From positions 27,943-91,942 of the forward strand of contig CAVTHO010000001.1 in the NCBI GenBank assembly GCA_963734545.1: a stretch of DNA of 64,000 nt. Reading direction: 5' to 3'. How positions within the stretch are numbered: position 1 is the first letter of the stretch; every line of letters starts with the position of its first letter. Source of the DNA: an uncultured Spirochaetota bacterium. Its GTDB lineage: Bacteria > Spirochaetota > Spirochaetia > SZUA-6 > Fen-1364. Below the pieces are notes generated by a model that made no database searches, had not been told where the DNA came from, and was given only the letters and a program-made list of their open reading frames with translations. The position numbers and the translations under genes are program-made. This document shows, piece by piece, positions 9,508-18,947 of the stretch.

Positions 9508-11241
9508 CTAGATCCGGATGCTGAACAAGGAGCCTTTGCCCGCGCAGGAGCGCACGTCAATGGTCCCTCCGTGGCTCTCGACGATTCTGTGCGCAATGGA
9601 CAGTCCAAGGCCGGTGCCCGCGTCGCGCGTGGTAAAGAACGGGTTGAATATGCTGCGGCGGATTTCCTCTTCCATGCCGGCGCCCCAGTCCTCCACCTCG
9701 ATGCAGAGCTTTCCCCCCGCCAGGCGGGAGCGTATTTCCACGCGGCTTCCCGAGGCGGACGCCTGGAGCGCGTTGAGCACGAGGTTCGCCAGCGCCTGGG
9801 TCATCAGGTTCCTGTCCATGGGGTATTCCGCGGGCTCGTCCGCGATGTCGGTACGCACGTCGATCCCGGGGTAGTGCTCCAGCGGCAGGCTTTCCAGGGC
9901 GAAGTCCACCACGCTTCGCACGGTACAGGGCGCGCGGGTGACCTTTCGCGGCCGCGCAAAATCGAGAAAGTTGGAAACAACCAGGTTCAGCGCGTCGGTC
10001 TCATCCACGAGCAGCCGCGTCAACTTGTGGTACTTTTCCTCGTTCTTGCTTACCGTGAAATTGTCCCGCAGCATCTCGGAGGAGACTTTCATCACCACGA
10101 GAGGGTTGCGTATCTGGTGCGCCACTCCCGCCGCCATTTCTCCGAGGGCGGCAAGCTTGGTGGAAAGCGCCAGCTTCTGCGAAAGCTCCGAGAGCTCGGT
10201 CTCACGGATGAGGAGCTTCCGGCACATGTCGTCGAACGCCAGGGCAAGCTGGCCGAACTCGTCCTGCCATCCCAGCCGGAACGGAGGGTTGAAGTCTCCG
10301 CGGGAGATATGCGTGATTCCCTGGAGGATGGTCTGGAATCTGCGCAGGAATGTGCGCTGATAGAAGGCGATCCCGGACACGAGGGCCAGGCTCAGAATGA
10401 GAAAGGTGGCGAGCAGGGAAATGAGATTGTACCGGTTGATCTGCCGGGTGGATTCGGTGGTGTCCATCATGCAGTAGACGGTTGCGCCCGACACACCGAG
10501 GCCCCCGAGGTCCAGGGCGCTCACGATATACTGCGCGGCCTTCACGATGCTGCCTTTCTCCCCCGCGTTGCGGGCGTATGCATCGATGACCTGCGCGACC
10601 TGGTTCTCCGGCATTGTCTCATCGTGGACCGAGACGCTGCCGAACTGGAGCGCCACGCGCGCGTTGATTATCTTCTCGATCCTTCGGACGAAGTCCTGGT
10701 CCACCCTGAGCCCGAGTGAAAGGACCCCGATGATCCTCTCCGCCCTCCGTATGGGAGAGAGGATGTAGAGGCTCGTTCCCAGCCTGCCTTGCGAAACGAA
10801 AAGGGCGTTGCCCCCGGTGATCGCCCCGGCAAGCTGCCTGCGGAACAGCGCATCAGTCGTGGGGAGCTGTCCGGTTGCCGCGAAGAGGGAAGCGGGGGGA
10901 AGGTAGACGGTGAGGGACTGGATGCCGAGGGACTCCTTGAAAATGTCGAGCTCCCGGGCGAGCAGATTCTTCAGCTTGAAGTCCGTGTAGTCGACGGTCT
11001 TCTGCTGACCGGCAATCAGGTCACCCTTGACGCGCAGGTCGGCAAACGTCTCTCCCAGGTATCCCTCGACGCTCAGGATCGTGTCGGACATCTGGGACTT
11101 CAACGAGTCGAGGTTGGTGCGGGAGATGATCGTCGTGAGGATCGTGAGGGTCACGAAGGACTGGCTGAGGACCAGCACGACGAAGAACAGCACCATCTTG
11201 CCGGACAGCTTGAGGCCGCCCTTGCGGAAGAAGTAGCTCAT
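9508..11241 (-). CDS. Sensor histidine kinase (2 TM, HAMP, HisKA, HATPase)
   Basis: AHQIRNPL, NLVLNA, FNPFFTT, GTGLGL; ATG 11241 coupled to the upstream stop. Confidence 0.92.
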   Translation of the reverse strand: MSYFFRKGGLKLSGKMVLFFVVLVLSQSFVTLTILTTIISRTNLDSLKSQMSDTILSVEGYLGETFADLRVKGDLIAGQQKTVDYTDFKLKNLLARELDIFKESLGIQSLTVYLPPASLFAATGQLPTTDALFRRQLAGAITGGNALFVSQGRLGTSLYILSPIRRAERIIGVLSLGLRVDQDFVRRIEKIINARVALQFGSVSVHDETMPENQVAQVIDAYARNAGEKGSIVKAAQYIVSALDLGGLGVSGATVYCMMDTTESTRQINRYNLISLLATFLILSLALVSGIAFYQRTFLRRFQTILQGITHISRGDFNPPFRLGWQDEFGQLALAFDDMCRKLLIRETELSELSQKLALSTKLAALGEMAAGVAHQIRNPLVVMKVSSEMLRDNFTVSKNEEKYHKLTRLLVDETDALNLVVSNFLDFARPRKVTRAPCTVRSVVDFALESLPLEHYPGIDVRTDIADEPAEYPMDRNLMTQALANLVLNALQASASGSRVEIRSRLAGGKLCIEVEDWGAGMEEEIRRSIFNPFFTTRDAGTGLGLSIAHRIVESHGGTIDVRSCAGKGSLFSIRI

Positions 11242-12482
11242 TGACCGGTTCCCGTGAGAGAGTCGATGCCCTTCTGCGCTTCCCGCAGCGCCTGTTCCGG
11301 GGAAACAGCGCCTTTCAGCGCCTTGAAGATCCACCGCTGCAGAACGGCGCTTATCTCCCCGTAGAGGGGATGCACGGGACGATACTGGAGCCCCTCGATC
11401 TGGAGCTGCTTGATGGGCAGGTAAGGGTCGTCCCTCAGCGTGGACGGTCTGCCCCACACCTCCTTCCACACCGGCATGAACTCCAGGTGCCGTCCCTGGA
11501 ACTCGGGGGAGTCCAGGTAGAGGGCGAACCGCCAGGCGCTCTCCTTGTGCCGGGACCGGGCCGTGACCGCCAGGCCTTCGAATCCGCACACGCTCGAAGT
11601 GGTCGTCCCGGTCCTTGCCGTGGCTTCTGATGCAGGGATCGGGCTCAGGGCCCATCGCACCGGGGCCTGTTTCTGGGTTCCTCCGAGGAGCCTGATCAGG
11701 AAGGACCAGTTGGTGGTGAAAAGGCAGTCACCGGACTGGAAGACTTCGGAGGAAAAGTTCTCTTCGGATTGCAGTGAATAGGGATTCATCAGCCCGTCGG
11801 TGAGCAGGCGTTTCATGAAGGTGAGGGCGGACTGGCAGGGAGAGGTGGTGAGGTCGATCCGGCCGTCCGGGTCGGCGAGCGATCCTCCGAACGCGCCGAC
11901 CAGCCACGTGAACTCACAGACAAGCACTTCCTGCTCGTTCCACGAATCGAATAGAGGATACTCGATGATCCCCCTTTTCTTGACCTCCCGCGCCGTGCGC
12001 ACCATCTCTTCCAGGGTCCGGGGCGGGGAGGTGAAACCGGCTTTGGATAGCAGGTCGAGATTGGTGTACAGGAGCTGGAAATCCGCGTGGAAGGGCAGCC
12101 CCCACAAAAGGTCATGATAGGCGAATGCCTCGTAGATTTTCGGAACGATCCCGGCCCTGACTGTCTGGACCAGGGGCGCGGGGAGGGGATCGATGATCCC
12201 GTGCTCGGCGAAATCCGCCGTCCAGATAAGATCAAGAAGGATGAGATCGTAATCCGGAACAGCCCTGCCCGCGGATTCCTCAATCAGGGAATAGCGGTCC
12301 TTGTATTCCACGAACACAGGATTGACGCGTATGCCCGTCTGTTTCTGGAAGGACTGAGCCCGTTCGACAATGTCCGGCAGGTCGTACCCGGATTGCTTCA
12401 TGTAGAGGAACGTGATTTCCTCCGCGCGCGCGGGAATCGAGAGGGAGAATACAAGGAGGAGAAGACACGGGGCTCGTTTCAC
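11238..12482 (-). CDS. Extracellular solute-binding protein (probably a sensory partner of the HK)
   Basis: Paralog of the SBP at 6655-7899 (MKQxGY, PPRTxxE); signal peptide; overlaps the HK start. Confidence 0.85.
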   Translation of the reverse strand: MKRAPCLLLLVFSLSIPARAEEITFLYMKQSGYDLPDIVERAQSFQKQTGIRVNPVFVEYKDRYSLIEESAGRAVPDYDLILLDLIWTADFAEHGIIDPLPAPLVQTVRAGIVPKIYEAFAYHDLLWGLPFHADFQLLYTNLDLLSKAGFTSPPRTLEEMVRTAREVKKRGIIEYPLFDSWNEQEVLVCEFTWLVGAFGGSLADPDGRIDLTTSPCQSALTFMKRLLTDGLMNPYSLQSEENFSSEVFQSGDCLFTTNWSFLIRLLGGTQKQAPVRWALSPIPASEATARTGTTTSSVCGFEGLAVTARSRHKESAWRFALYLDSPEFQGRHLEFMPVWKEVWGRPSTLRDDPYLPIKQLQIEGLQYRPVHPLYGEISAVLQRWIFKALKGAVSPEQALREAQKGIDSLTGTGQ

Positions 12483-12515
12483 CGGGAAGCATTCTAAGAG
12501 CCCCCCGGCGAGGTG

Positions 12516-15215
12516 TCAATGAGATTCGCCTGCGTCCTGCCCTGACCCCCTGGCAAATCCCCGCAGGACCGTGGGGAGGATCCCTCCATTGAGGTAATAG
12601 GCGAGCTCGATCGGCGTGTCGATGCGCGCGAGCACGCTGAATCGTTTCTCGGTTCCCGAGGCGTCGCGGGCCACCACGGCAATGGTCTGGCCGGGCTTGT
12701 CGGCTGTCTCGATCTCGTAGATTTCCTCCCCGGAAAGACCCAGGCCGACCGCGCTTTCTCCTTTCTGGAACTGGAGGGGGAGCACGCCCATGCCGACCAG
12801 GTTCGACCTGTGGATGCGCTCGTAGCCTTCCGCTATCACGGCGCGCACGCCGAGAAGGAGAGCGCCTTTTGCCGCCCAGTCACGGGAGCTTCCCGAGCCG
12901 TATTCCTTGCCCGCGATCACCAGGAGGGGGACCCCTTCTGTCCTGTACTTTTCAGCCGCATCGTATATCGAGAGCGTCACGCCCGAAGGGAGGTGACGGG
13001 TGAAGCCGCCCTCGACCCCCGGTACGAGCTTGTTGCGGATGCGGATGTTTGCAAACGTGCCGCGCAGCATCACCTCGTGATTTCCCCGGCGCGAGCCGTA
13101 CGTGTTGAAATCCTGCACCTTCACGCCGTGCTCCATGAGCCATTTCCCGGCCGGGCTCTTCTCCGGGATGTTCCCCGCGGGAGAGATGTGATCCGTGGTC
13201 ACCGAATCTCCGAGAACGGCCAGGACACGCGCATTGCGTATCCGGGGGATCTCCGGTGGTCGATTCGCAAGGCCCTCGAAGAACGTGGGCTTGCGGATAT
13301 AGGTCGAATCCGGTTCCCAGCGGTAGCGCTTTTCATCAGGGGTCTTCACGCGGTTCCACGTCTCATCTCCGCTGAAGACGCTCGCGTAGACAGAGCGGAA
13401 CATGTCCGGCGTGAGGCTTTCCCTGACTGACGCATCGATCTCGGCAAGGGTCGGCCAGATGTCTTTCAGGAACACGGGGCTGCCATTGTGGTCCCTGCCG
13501 AGGGGCTCCGTGGCCAGGTCGATGTCCATTGTTCCGGCAAGCGCGTACGCCACCACCAGGGGCGGGGACGCGAGGTAATTGGCCTTCACCTCGGGATGGA
13601 TCCTGCCCTCGAAGTTGCGGTTTCCCGAGAGCACGGAGACCACCGTGAGGTTGTTCTCCAGCACGGCCCTGCTGATCACCGGGTTCAACGGCCCGGAGTT
13701 GCCGATGCATGTCGTGCACCCGTAGCCCACGAGGTGGAATCCGAGAGCCTCCAGGTAGGGGCTGAGCCCGGCCCGGTCGAGGTACTGCGTGACCACCTTG
13801 GAGCCGGGGGCGAAGCTCGTCTTGACGTAGGCCGGAACACGCAGGCCGAGCTGCACCGCCTTGCGCGCCAGGAGGCCGGCCCCGATCATGACCGACGGGT
13901 TGGATGTGTTCGTGCAGCTCGTGATGGCCGAGATCACCACTGCGCCCTGCGCGAGGGTTTCCCGGTCTCCTCCCACTTCCACTTCAACGCTTCTGGCTTC
14001 GGTCCCGGCGGAAACGGCCGCATCCCGCCAGGAGCTCTTGGCCCGTGACAGCGGTATCCTGTCCTGGGGGCGCTTGGGCCCGGCCATGGAGGTTTCCACG
14101 GTGGAAAGATCCAGCTCGAGCAGCGCGGAGTATTCCGGCTGCTCCGCGCCGGGACCTCGAAAGAGTCCCTGCTCCCTGCAGTAGCGCTCCACCAGGTCGA
14201 CCAGCTCAGGGCTCCGACCGGTGAACTGCAGGTACTCGATGGTCTTTTCGTCCACGGGGAAGAATCCCGCCGTGGCGCCGTACTCGGGAGACATGTTGCC
14301 GATGGTCGCCCTGTCCGCCACGCTGAGCGAGTCGAGCCCCGGCCCGAAGAACTCCACGATCTTGTCCACCACTCCGAACTTCCGCAGCGCCTGCGTGACG
14401 GTGAGCACCAGGTCGGTGGCGGTCATTCCTTCCCTCAGTGCGCCGGTGAGGCGCATCCCGACCACCTCCGGGATCAGCATGTAGAGAGGCTGCCCCAGGA
14501 GCGCGGCCTCCGCCTCGATGCCTCCGACGCCCCACCCCAGCACGCCGATGCCGTTGATCATGGGCGTGTGGGAGTCCGTGCCCACCAGTGTGTCGGGAAA
14601 GGCGACCGATCCCTTGCCGTCACTCGCCGCGCGCGTCTGCACGACCTTTGCCAGGTACTCGAGGTTCACCTGGTGCACGATACCCGTGGCAGGCGGCACG
14701 ACGCGAAAGTCCGCGAATGATTTCGCGCCCCAGCGGAGGAACTCGTAGCGCTCGCGGTTGCGCTGGAACTCGAGGGCCGCGTTGCCGGCAAGGGCGCGTG
14801 ACGAGGCAAAGAGATCCACCTGGACCGAATGGTCGATGACGAGGTCCACGGGGATCACGGGGTTGATGCGCTGGGGGTCTCCGCCCAGGTCCCCCATTGC
14901 GTCACGCATGGCGGCAAGGTCCACGATGGCGGGCACGCCGGTGAAATCCTGCATGATCACCCGGGCCGGCTTGAAGGGGAAATCGCGGCTCTTCGCCTGC
15001 GCGCTGTTCCACGCGCAGAGGGCGTGCACATCCTCCTCCCGCACGTCGAAACCGTTCACCTGGCGCAGGACAGACTCCAGGAGGATCTTGATGGAGAAGG
15101 GCATGCGCGATACTTTCCCGAGCCCCTGCGACTCCAGCCGTGCGAGGCTGAAGAAATCCAGCCGGCCTGCCGCGGTCTTCAACGTGCTTCGTGCTCCAAA
15201 CGGGTTGGCTTTCAT
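12516..15215 (-). CDS. acnA: Aconitate hydratase AcnA
   Basis: QDFTG, DHSVQVD, GTDSHT, ITSCTNTS, GYGCTTCIGNSG, GSGSSRDWAAKG. Confidence 0.97.
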   Translation of the reverse strand: MKANPFGARSTLKTAAGRLDFFSLARLESQGLGKVSRMPFSIKILLESVLRQVNGFDVREEDVHALCAWNSAQAKSRDFPFKPARVIMQDFTGVPAIVDLAAMRDAMGDLGGDPQRINPVIPVDLVIDHSVQVDLFASSRALAGNAALEFQRNRERYEFLRWGAKSFADFRVVPPATGIVHQVNLEYLAKVVQTRAASDGKGSVAFPDTLVGTDSHTPMINGIGVLGWGVGGIEAEAALLGQPLYMLIPEVVGMRLTGALREGMTATDLVLTVTQALRKFGVVDKIVEFFGPGLDSLSVADRATIGNMSPEYGATAGFFPVDEKTIEYLQFTGRSPELVDLVERYCREQGLFRGPGAEQPEYSALLELDLSTVETSMAGPKRPQDRIPLSRAKSSWRDAAVSAGTEARSVEVEVGGDRETLAQGAVVISAITSCTNTSNPSVMIGAGLLARKAVQLGLRVPAYVKTSFAPGSKVVTQYLDRAGLSPYLEALGFHLVGYGCTTCIGNSGPLNPVISRAVLENNLTVVSVLSGNRNFEGRIHPEVKANYLASPPLVVAYALAGTMDIDLATEPLGRDHNGSPVFLKDIWPTLAEIDASVRESLTPDMFRSVYASVFSGDETWNRVKTPDEKRYRWEPDSTYIRKPTFFEGLANRPPEIPRIRNARVLAVLGDSVTTDHISPAGNIPEKSPAGKWLMEHGVKVQDFNTYGSRRGNHEVMLRGTFANIRIRNKLVPGVEGGFTRHLPSGVTLSIYDAAEKYRTEGVPLLVIAGKEYGSGSSRDWAAKGALLLGVRAVIAEGYERIHRSNLVGMGVLPLQFQKGESAVGLGLSGEEIYEIETADKPGQTIAVVARDASGTEKRFSVLARIDTPIELAYYLNGGILPTVLRGFARGSGQDAGESH

Positions 15216-15255
15216 CGTGGTCTCCTGTGCCTAATATACAGAGCACGGGCTCACC

Positions 15256-15284
15256 TTGCCATCCGGGAGCAATTGCTCTATCAT
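15256..15284 (+). promoter_or_regulatory. sigma70-type promoter
   Basis: TTGCCA, 17 bp, TATCAT. Confidence 0.5.
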
Positions 15285-15306
15285 TGAGGCCAGAGAGAAC
15301 CGAAAG

Positions 15307-15915
15307 ATGCTAGTTCCCGCCGAGGTCTGGACAGTCGCAAAAGCGGAGCAGGGCAATGCGGTCCTTGTCCGGCCGCTCGGCCTGGACGTGGCCGTCCCGA
15401 TCTTCATTGCGCCGCTGGAAGCGCAGTCCATTCTCATCGGGCTCGGCAGCGTCAAGATGCCGCGCCCTCTCACGCACGACCTCTTCATTACCGTCCTGGA
15501 GAGCCTCGAATCATCGGTGAACCGGGTCGAGATCACCTCCCTGCGGGAAGGCACCTACTACGCAAAGCTCATCCTCGAGTCATCAGGCTCGGAGATTGCA
15601 GTGGATGCCCGTCCCTCGGATTGTCTGGCCCTTGCCGTGCGGGTGAAGTGTCCCATCTATATAGATGAAGCGGTGGTGGACGAAGCCGGAATATCCGTGA
15701 AAATGGTGGAAGAGAAGAACAAGGAGCTCAAGCCGGAGGACGCCCCGCAGCTCTCGGAGGAGGCTGATTCCCCGCAGACGCCCGAAGCGGCGCCCATGCC
15801 GCCGGAAACGGAGATGGCAAGCCTCCGCAAGCTGCTCGATGCCGCTATTGAAGAAGAGAACTACGAGGAAGCGGCCCGGATACGCGACAAGATTCGGGAG
15901 CTCGAGAGCTCCTAG
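15307..15915 (+). CDS. Bifunctional nuclease (DUF151) domain + C-terminal UVR motif
   Basis: PIFI, RPLTHDL, DARPSDCLALA; AIEEENYEEAARIRD. Confidence 0.88.
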   Translation: MLVPAEVWTVAKAEQGNAVLVRPLGLDVAVPIFIAPLEAQSILIGLGSVKMPRPLTHDLFITVLESLESSVNRVEITSLREGTYYAKLILESSGSEIAVDARPSDCLALAVRVKCPIYIDEAVVDEAGISVKMVEEKNKELKPEDAPQLSEEADSPQTPEAAPMPPETEMASLRKLLDAAIEEENYEEAARIRDKIRELESS

Positions 15916-15933
15916 GAGCGTGTCGGGGCGGTG

Positions 15934-16632
15934 CTAATCTGGTCCGATCGTCGTGCCCACGAACTCCCCGCCCTCGAGAATGCGTGAAAGGTTGGCAAGA
16001 TCGCGTCCTTCGGCGAACACGACCTTGATGCGTGATTGCGCGGCCGCGCGCGCGGCGGTGGGATCGAAAGGCGTGTTCTTGCCGGGCGTCCACTCCCCGC
16101 CGACTATGGCGAGCATCTCCTTCCAGGAGAGCCTGTCCAGCGGCCGCGCCGCGGGGTTCTTCTTCGGGTCCTCCGAGTAGACTTTCGCGATGTTGGAGAG
16201 ATTGACGAGCGTGTCCGCGGAAAACCGCTGGGCCAGCACGACCGCGTCATTATCGGTGGAGAACCCGGGCTTCCACCCCGCGGCCATCATGACCCTGCCC
16301 GCGAAGACGGAGACGGCGGTGGGATCGGTCACGAGGTCTTCCGCGCACCATCGGTGAAACACCCTGCGCAGCAGCTCCCCGTTCACCCGGGTGGCCGCGA
16401 CTCCCACCCAGTCGAGGTCGTCGCTGCGGGGCTCGGCAACCACCTCTCTCAGCGCCGCCTGATAGTCCCGGGCAAGTCCTCCGCCGCCGCAGACGATGAT
16501 GAGCTTGCGTCTTTCGTCCGCCTCGAGGTAGCCCTCCACCAGCCCTGCGAACCCTTTCAGGAATCCGGTATCCACGCCCTTGGGTGCGATGATCGATCCT
16601 CCGAGGGAAATGACGGTGACGTGCGGAGTCAT
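15934..16632 (-). CDS. pyrH: UMP kinase, archaeal/spirochaete type
   Basis: ISLGGS, CGGGGLAR, PGFSTD, VYSEDPK, PFDP. Confidence 0.88.
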   Translation of the reverse strand: MTPHVTVISLGGSIIAPKGVDTGFLKGFAGLVEGYLEADERRKLIIVCGGGGLARDYQAALREVVAEPRSDDLDWVGVAATRVNGELLRRVFHRWCAEDLVTDPTAVSVFAGRVMMAAGWKPGFSTDNDAVVLAQRFSADTLVNLSNIAKVYSEDPKKNPAARPLDRLSWKEMLAIVGGEWTPGKNTPFDPTAARAAAQSRIKVVFAEGRDLANLSRILEGGEFVGTTIGPD

Positions 16633-16677
16633 ATGCCTACTATTGCATAAATATCCACATTTGTTTATACGTGTCTC

Positions 16678-17643
16678 ATGGAAAAGATGAAGATTTTCGT
16701 CGCTGACAGCATCGCAAAAGAGGGTTTGGAAGAGTTCGCCCGGTTCTCCGGGCTGGAGCTCGTCGTGAAGACGGGGCTCGCTCCGGAAGTGCTCAAGTCG
16801 GAGCTGGGAGATTCGCAGGGTCTCGTCGTGCGCTCCGCCACGCAGGCCACCCGGGAGATAATCGGTGCGGGCAAATCCCTGAAGGTGATCGGCAGGGCCG
16901 GCGCGGGAGTGGATAACATCGATGTGAAGGCCGCCACCGAGCGCGGCATTATCGTGCTGAACACCCCCGGGGGCAATGCCGAGGCCGCGGGCGAGCTCGC
17001 CGTGGCAATGATGTTTGCGCTTTCCCGGGACCTTGTGCGCGCGGACGCCTCCATGAAGGCGGGCAAATGGGACAAGAAGAGCTTCAACGGCGTCGAGCTG
17101 TTCGGCAAGACCCTGGGGCTCATCGGGTGCGGGCACGTCGGGAGCGTCGTCGCCAAACGCGCCCTTGCGCTGGGCATGAAGGTGCTCGTCACGGATCCCT
17201 GCGTGGATGACAGCAAGGCCCAGGATCTGGGGGTGCGCCTGGCCGGGCTGGATGACGTGCTCAAGGCTTCTGATTTCATCTCCCTTCATTCCCCCCGGAC
17301 GGAGGAGACGAAGGGCCTTTTCAACTCGAAGACATTCGCCAGGATGAAGAAGGGCGTTTTCCTGGTGAACTGCTCGCGGGGCGGCATCGTCGTGGAAAAG
17401 GACCTCATTGCGGCGCTGGATGAAGGCATCGTGCGGGGTGCGGCGGTGGACGTGTTCGACAAGGAGCCGCCCGAGGAGTGGAGCCTGGCAAAGCACCCGA
17501 AGGTGATTGCCACGCCGCACATCGGCGCGTCCACCGGCGAGGCGCAGGTCAACGTGTCCGTCATGATTGCGCGCCAGATGGGTGCGTACCTCACGAGAGG
17601 TGAGATCGTCAACGCGGTGAACACGATTGGCGGCGTGAAGTAG
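16678..17643 (+). CDS. serA: D-3-phosphoglycerate dehydrogenase-like 2-hydroxyacid dehydrogenase (short, no ACT domain)
   Basis: GRAGAGVDNID, GCGHVG, NCSRGGIV, TPHIGAST. Confidence 0.8.
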   Translation: MEKMKIFVADSIAKEGLEEFARFSGLELVVKTGLAPEVLKSELGDSQGLVVRSATQATREIIGAGKSLKVIGRAGAGVDNIDVKAATERGIIVLNTPGGNAEAAGELAVAMMFALSRDLVRADASMKAGKWDKKSFNGVELFGKTLGLIGCGHVGSVVAKRALALGMKVLVTDPCVDDSKAQDLGVRLAGLDDVLKASDFISLHSPRTEETKGLFNSKTFARMKKGVFLVNCSRGGIVVEKDLIAALDEGIVRGAAVDVFDKEPPEEWSLAKHPKVIATPHIGASTGEAQVNVSVMIARQMGAYLTRGEIVNAVNTIGGVK

Positions 17644-17654
17644 CCTTCGCGTTC

Positions 17655-17683
17655 TTGCCGAACTCCTCTTCCGGGGGTACATT
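17655..17683 (+). promoter_or_regulatory. sigma70-type promoter
   Basis: TTGCCG, 17 bp, TACATT. Confidence 0.45.
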
Positions 17684-17702
17684 GCACGTAGGGAGCGGGA
17701 GT

Positions 17703-18497
17703 ATGAGCTCAGACATCACAGACCTGCTGCGCGAATGGGAGTTCGATTCGGACAACCAGATCCGGATCGTCCAGGCGGACGACGGCCGCCAGGTGCTGCA
17801 GGTCCGACAGCCAATGGGCATCGAGCAGTACGAGCTGGACGGCCGCCCGGACGGCAAGAAGCCGTTCGGACGGGATTCGGCCCTCGAGGAGTTCCAGGCG
17901 CGCCTGGAAAACTACCGGGCCTCCCACGGCAGCGACGACGGATTTGCGCTCTCCCATGAAGACTTCGCCACGCTGCAGGGCGAGGGCGTGCTGTTCTACT
18001 TCCGCTATCTCGTCCTGTTTCAGATCGGCGATTTCGTGCGCACCAGCCGGGACACGGATCACAACCTGTCGCTCTTTTCCCTCGTGGAGAAGTACGGGGA
18101 CAACGACGACGACCGCCGTGAGCTGCTTCAGTACAAGCCCTACGTGCTGCGCATGAACGCAATATCGCGCGCAATGATCTCTCTGCACAAGGAAATGAAG
18201 AGCGCGGCGGAGGACATCCTGACCAGCGCAATCAGCGCCATCGAGGGAATGGGGGACATCGACACCCCTGCTTTCCAGTTCGAGCGGGTGCGGTCGCTCA
18301 ACTACCTGAAGGCAACGCTGAAGCAGATCCACGACAAGAAAGACTCTCCCGTCGAGGCGCTGAAGAGCGAGCTGCAGAACGCCATCGATGAAGAGGACTA
18401 CGAGCGGGCCGCCTCCCTGCGGGACCGGATGCGCGAGTTCGACGTCAGTGACGAGACCTCCGTGGCGGAGGAAACCGCGGCGGACTCCGAGGAGTGA
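17703..18497 (+). CDS. Conserved protein with C-terminal UvrB/UvrC (UVR) motif
   Basis: GIEQYELDGRPDG, RDTDHN; AIDEEDYERAASLRD; GGGAG RBS. Confidence 0.8.
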   Translation: MSSDITDLLREWEFDSDNQIRIVQADDGRQVLQVRQPMGIEQYELDGRPDGKKPFGRDSALEEFQARLENYRASHGSDDGFALSHEDFATLQGEGVLFYFRYLVLFQIGDFVRTSRDTDHNLSLFSLVEKYGDNDDDRRELLQYKPYVLRMNAISRAMISLHKEMKSAAEDILTSAISAIEGMGDIDTPAFQFERVRSLNYLKATLKQIHDKKDSPVEALKSELQNAIDEEDYERAASLRDRMREFDVSDETSVAEETAADSEE

Positions 18498-18544
18498 GCC
18501 CCCGCGCTCCGGGACTGCGGCGCCTGCCGTGTCCCGCCCGCGGC

Positions 18545-18573
18545 TTGCCCCTGGATGCCCGCCCTGCTATTCT
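18545..18573 (+). promoter_or_regulatory. sigma70-type promoter with extended -10
   Basis: TTGCCC, 17 bp, TATTCT preceded by TGC. Confidence 0.5.
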
Positions 18574-18591
18574 CGCCCGCGGGGCACACAC

Positions 18592-18939
18592 ATGATCAAG
18601 AGAATCGCCGACATGGAAAAAGAGGTGCGCGAGAAGATGCGGGGCGGTTCCGGAAGCGTGGAAATCCTGCACATCTTCCGCAAGGAAGAGCTGAAGGGAA
18701 AGGTCCGTCTTCTCGCGCGTCTGCGCCTGGGCCCGGGCAGCTCCATCGGCTATCACATGCATGAGGGGGAGGAGGAAATCTTCTATATCCTGTCCGGAAA
18801 GGGGCTCGTGACCGAGCAGGGGGTGAGCTCCCCGGTGGGTCCCGGCGACGCGGTCCTGACCGGTGGGGGCGGCGGTCACTCCATCGAAAACCAGGACGCC
18901 GAGCCCCTCGAGTTCATCGCCACCATCCTCGTGTACTGA
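18592..18939 (+). CDS. Cupin domain protein (TM1287-like)
   Basis: MRGGSG, SIGYHMHEGEEEIFYILSGKG, GHSIEN. Confidence 0.88.
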   Translation: MIKRIADMEKEVREKMRGGSGSVEILHIFRKEELKGKVRLLARLRLGPGSSIGYHMHEGEEEIFYILSGKGLVTEQGVSSPVGPGDAVLTGGGGGHSIENQDAEPLEFIATILVY

Positions 18940-18947
18940 GAAACGCC

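Noticed and set aside
15934-17682. 582-aa extended UMP kinase
   Set aside because: N-terminal extension is the antisense of serA; the real start is ATG 16632
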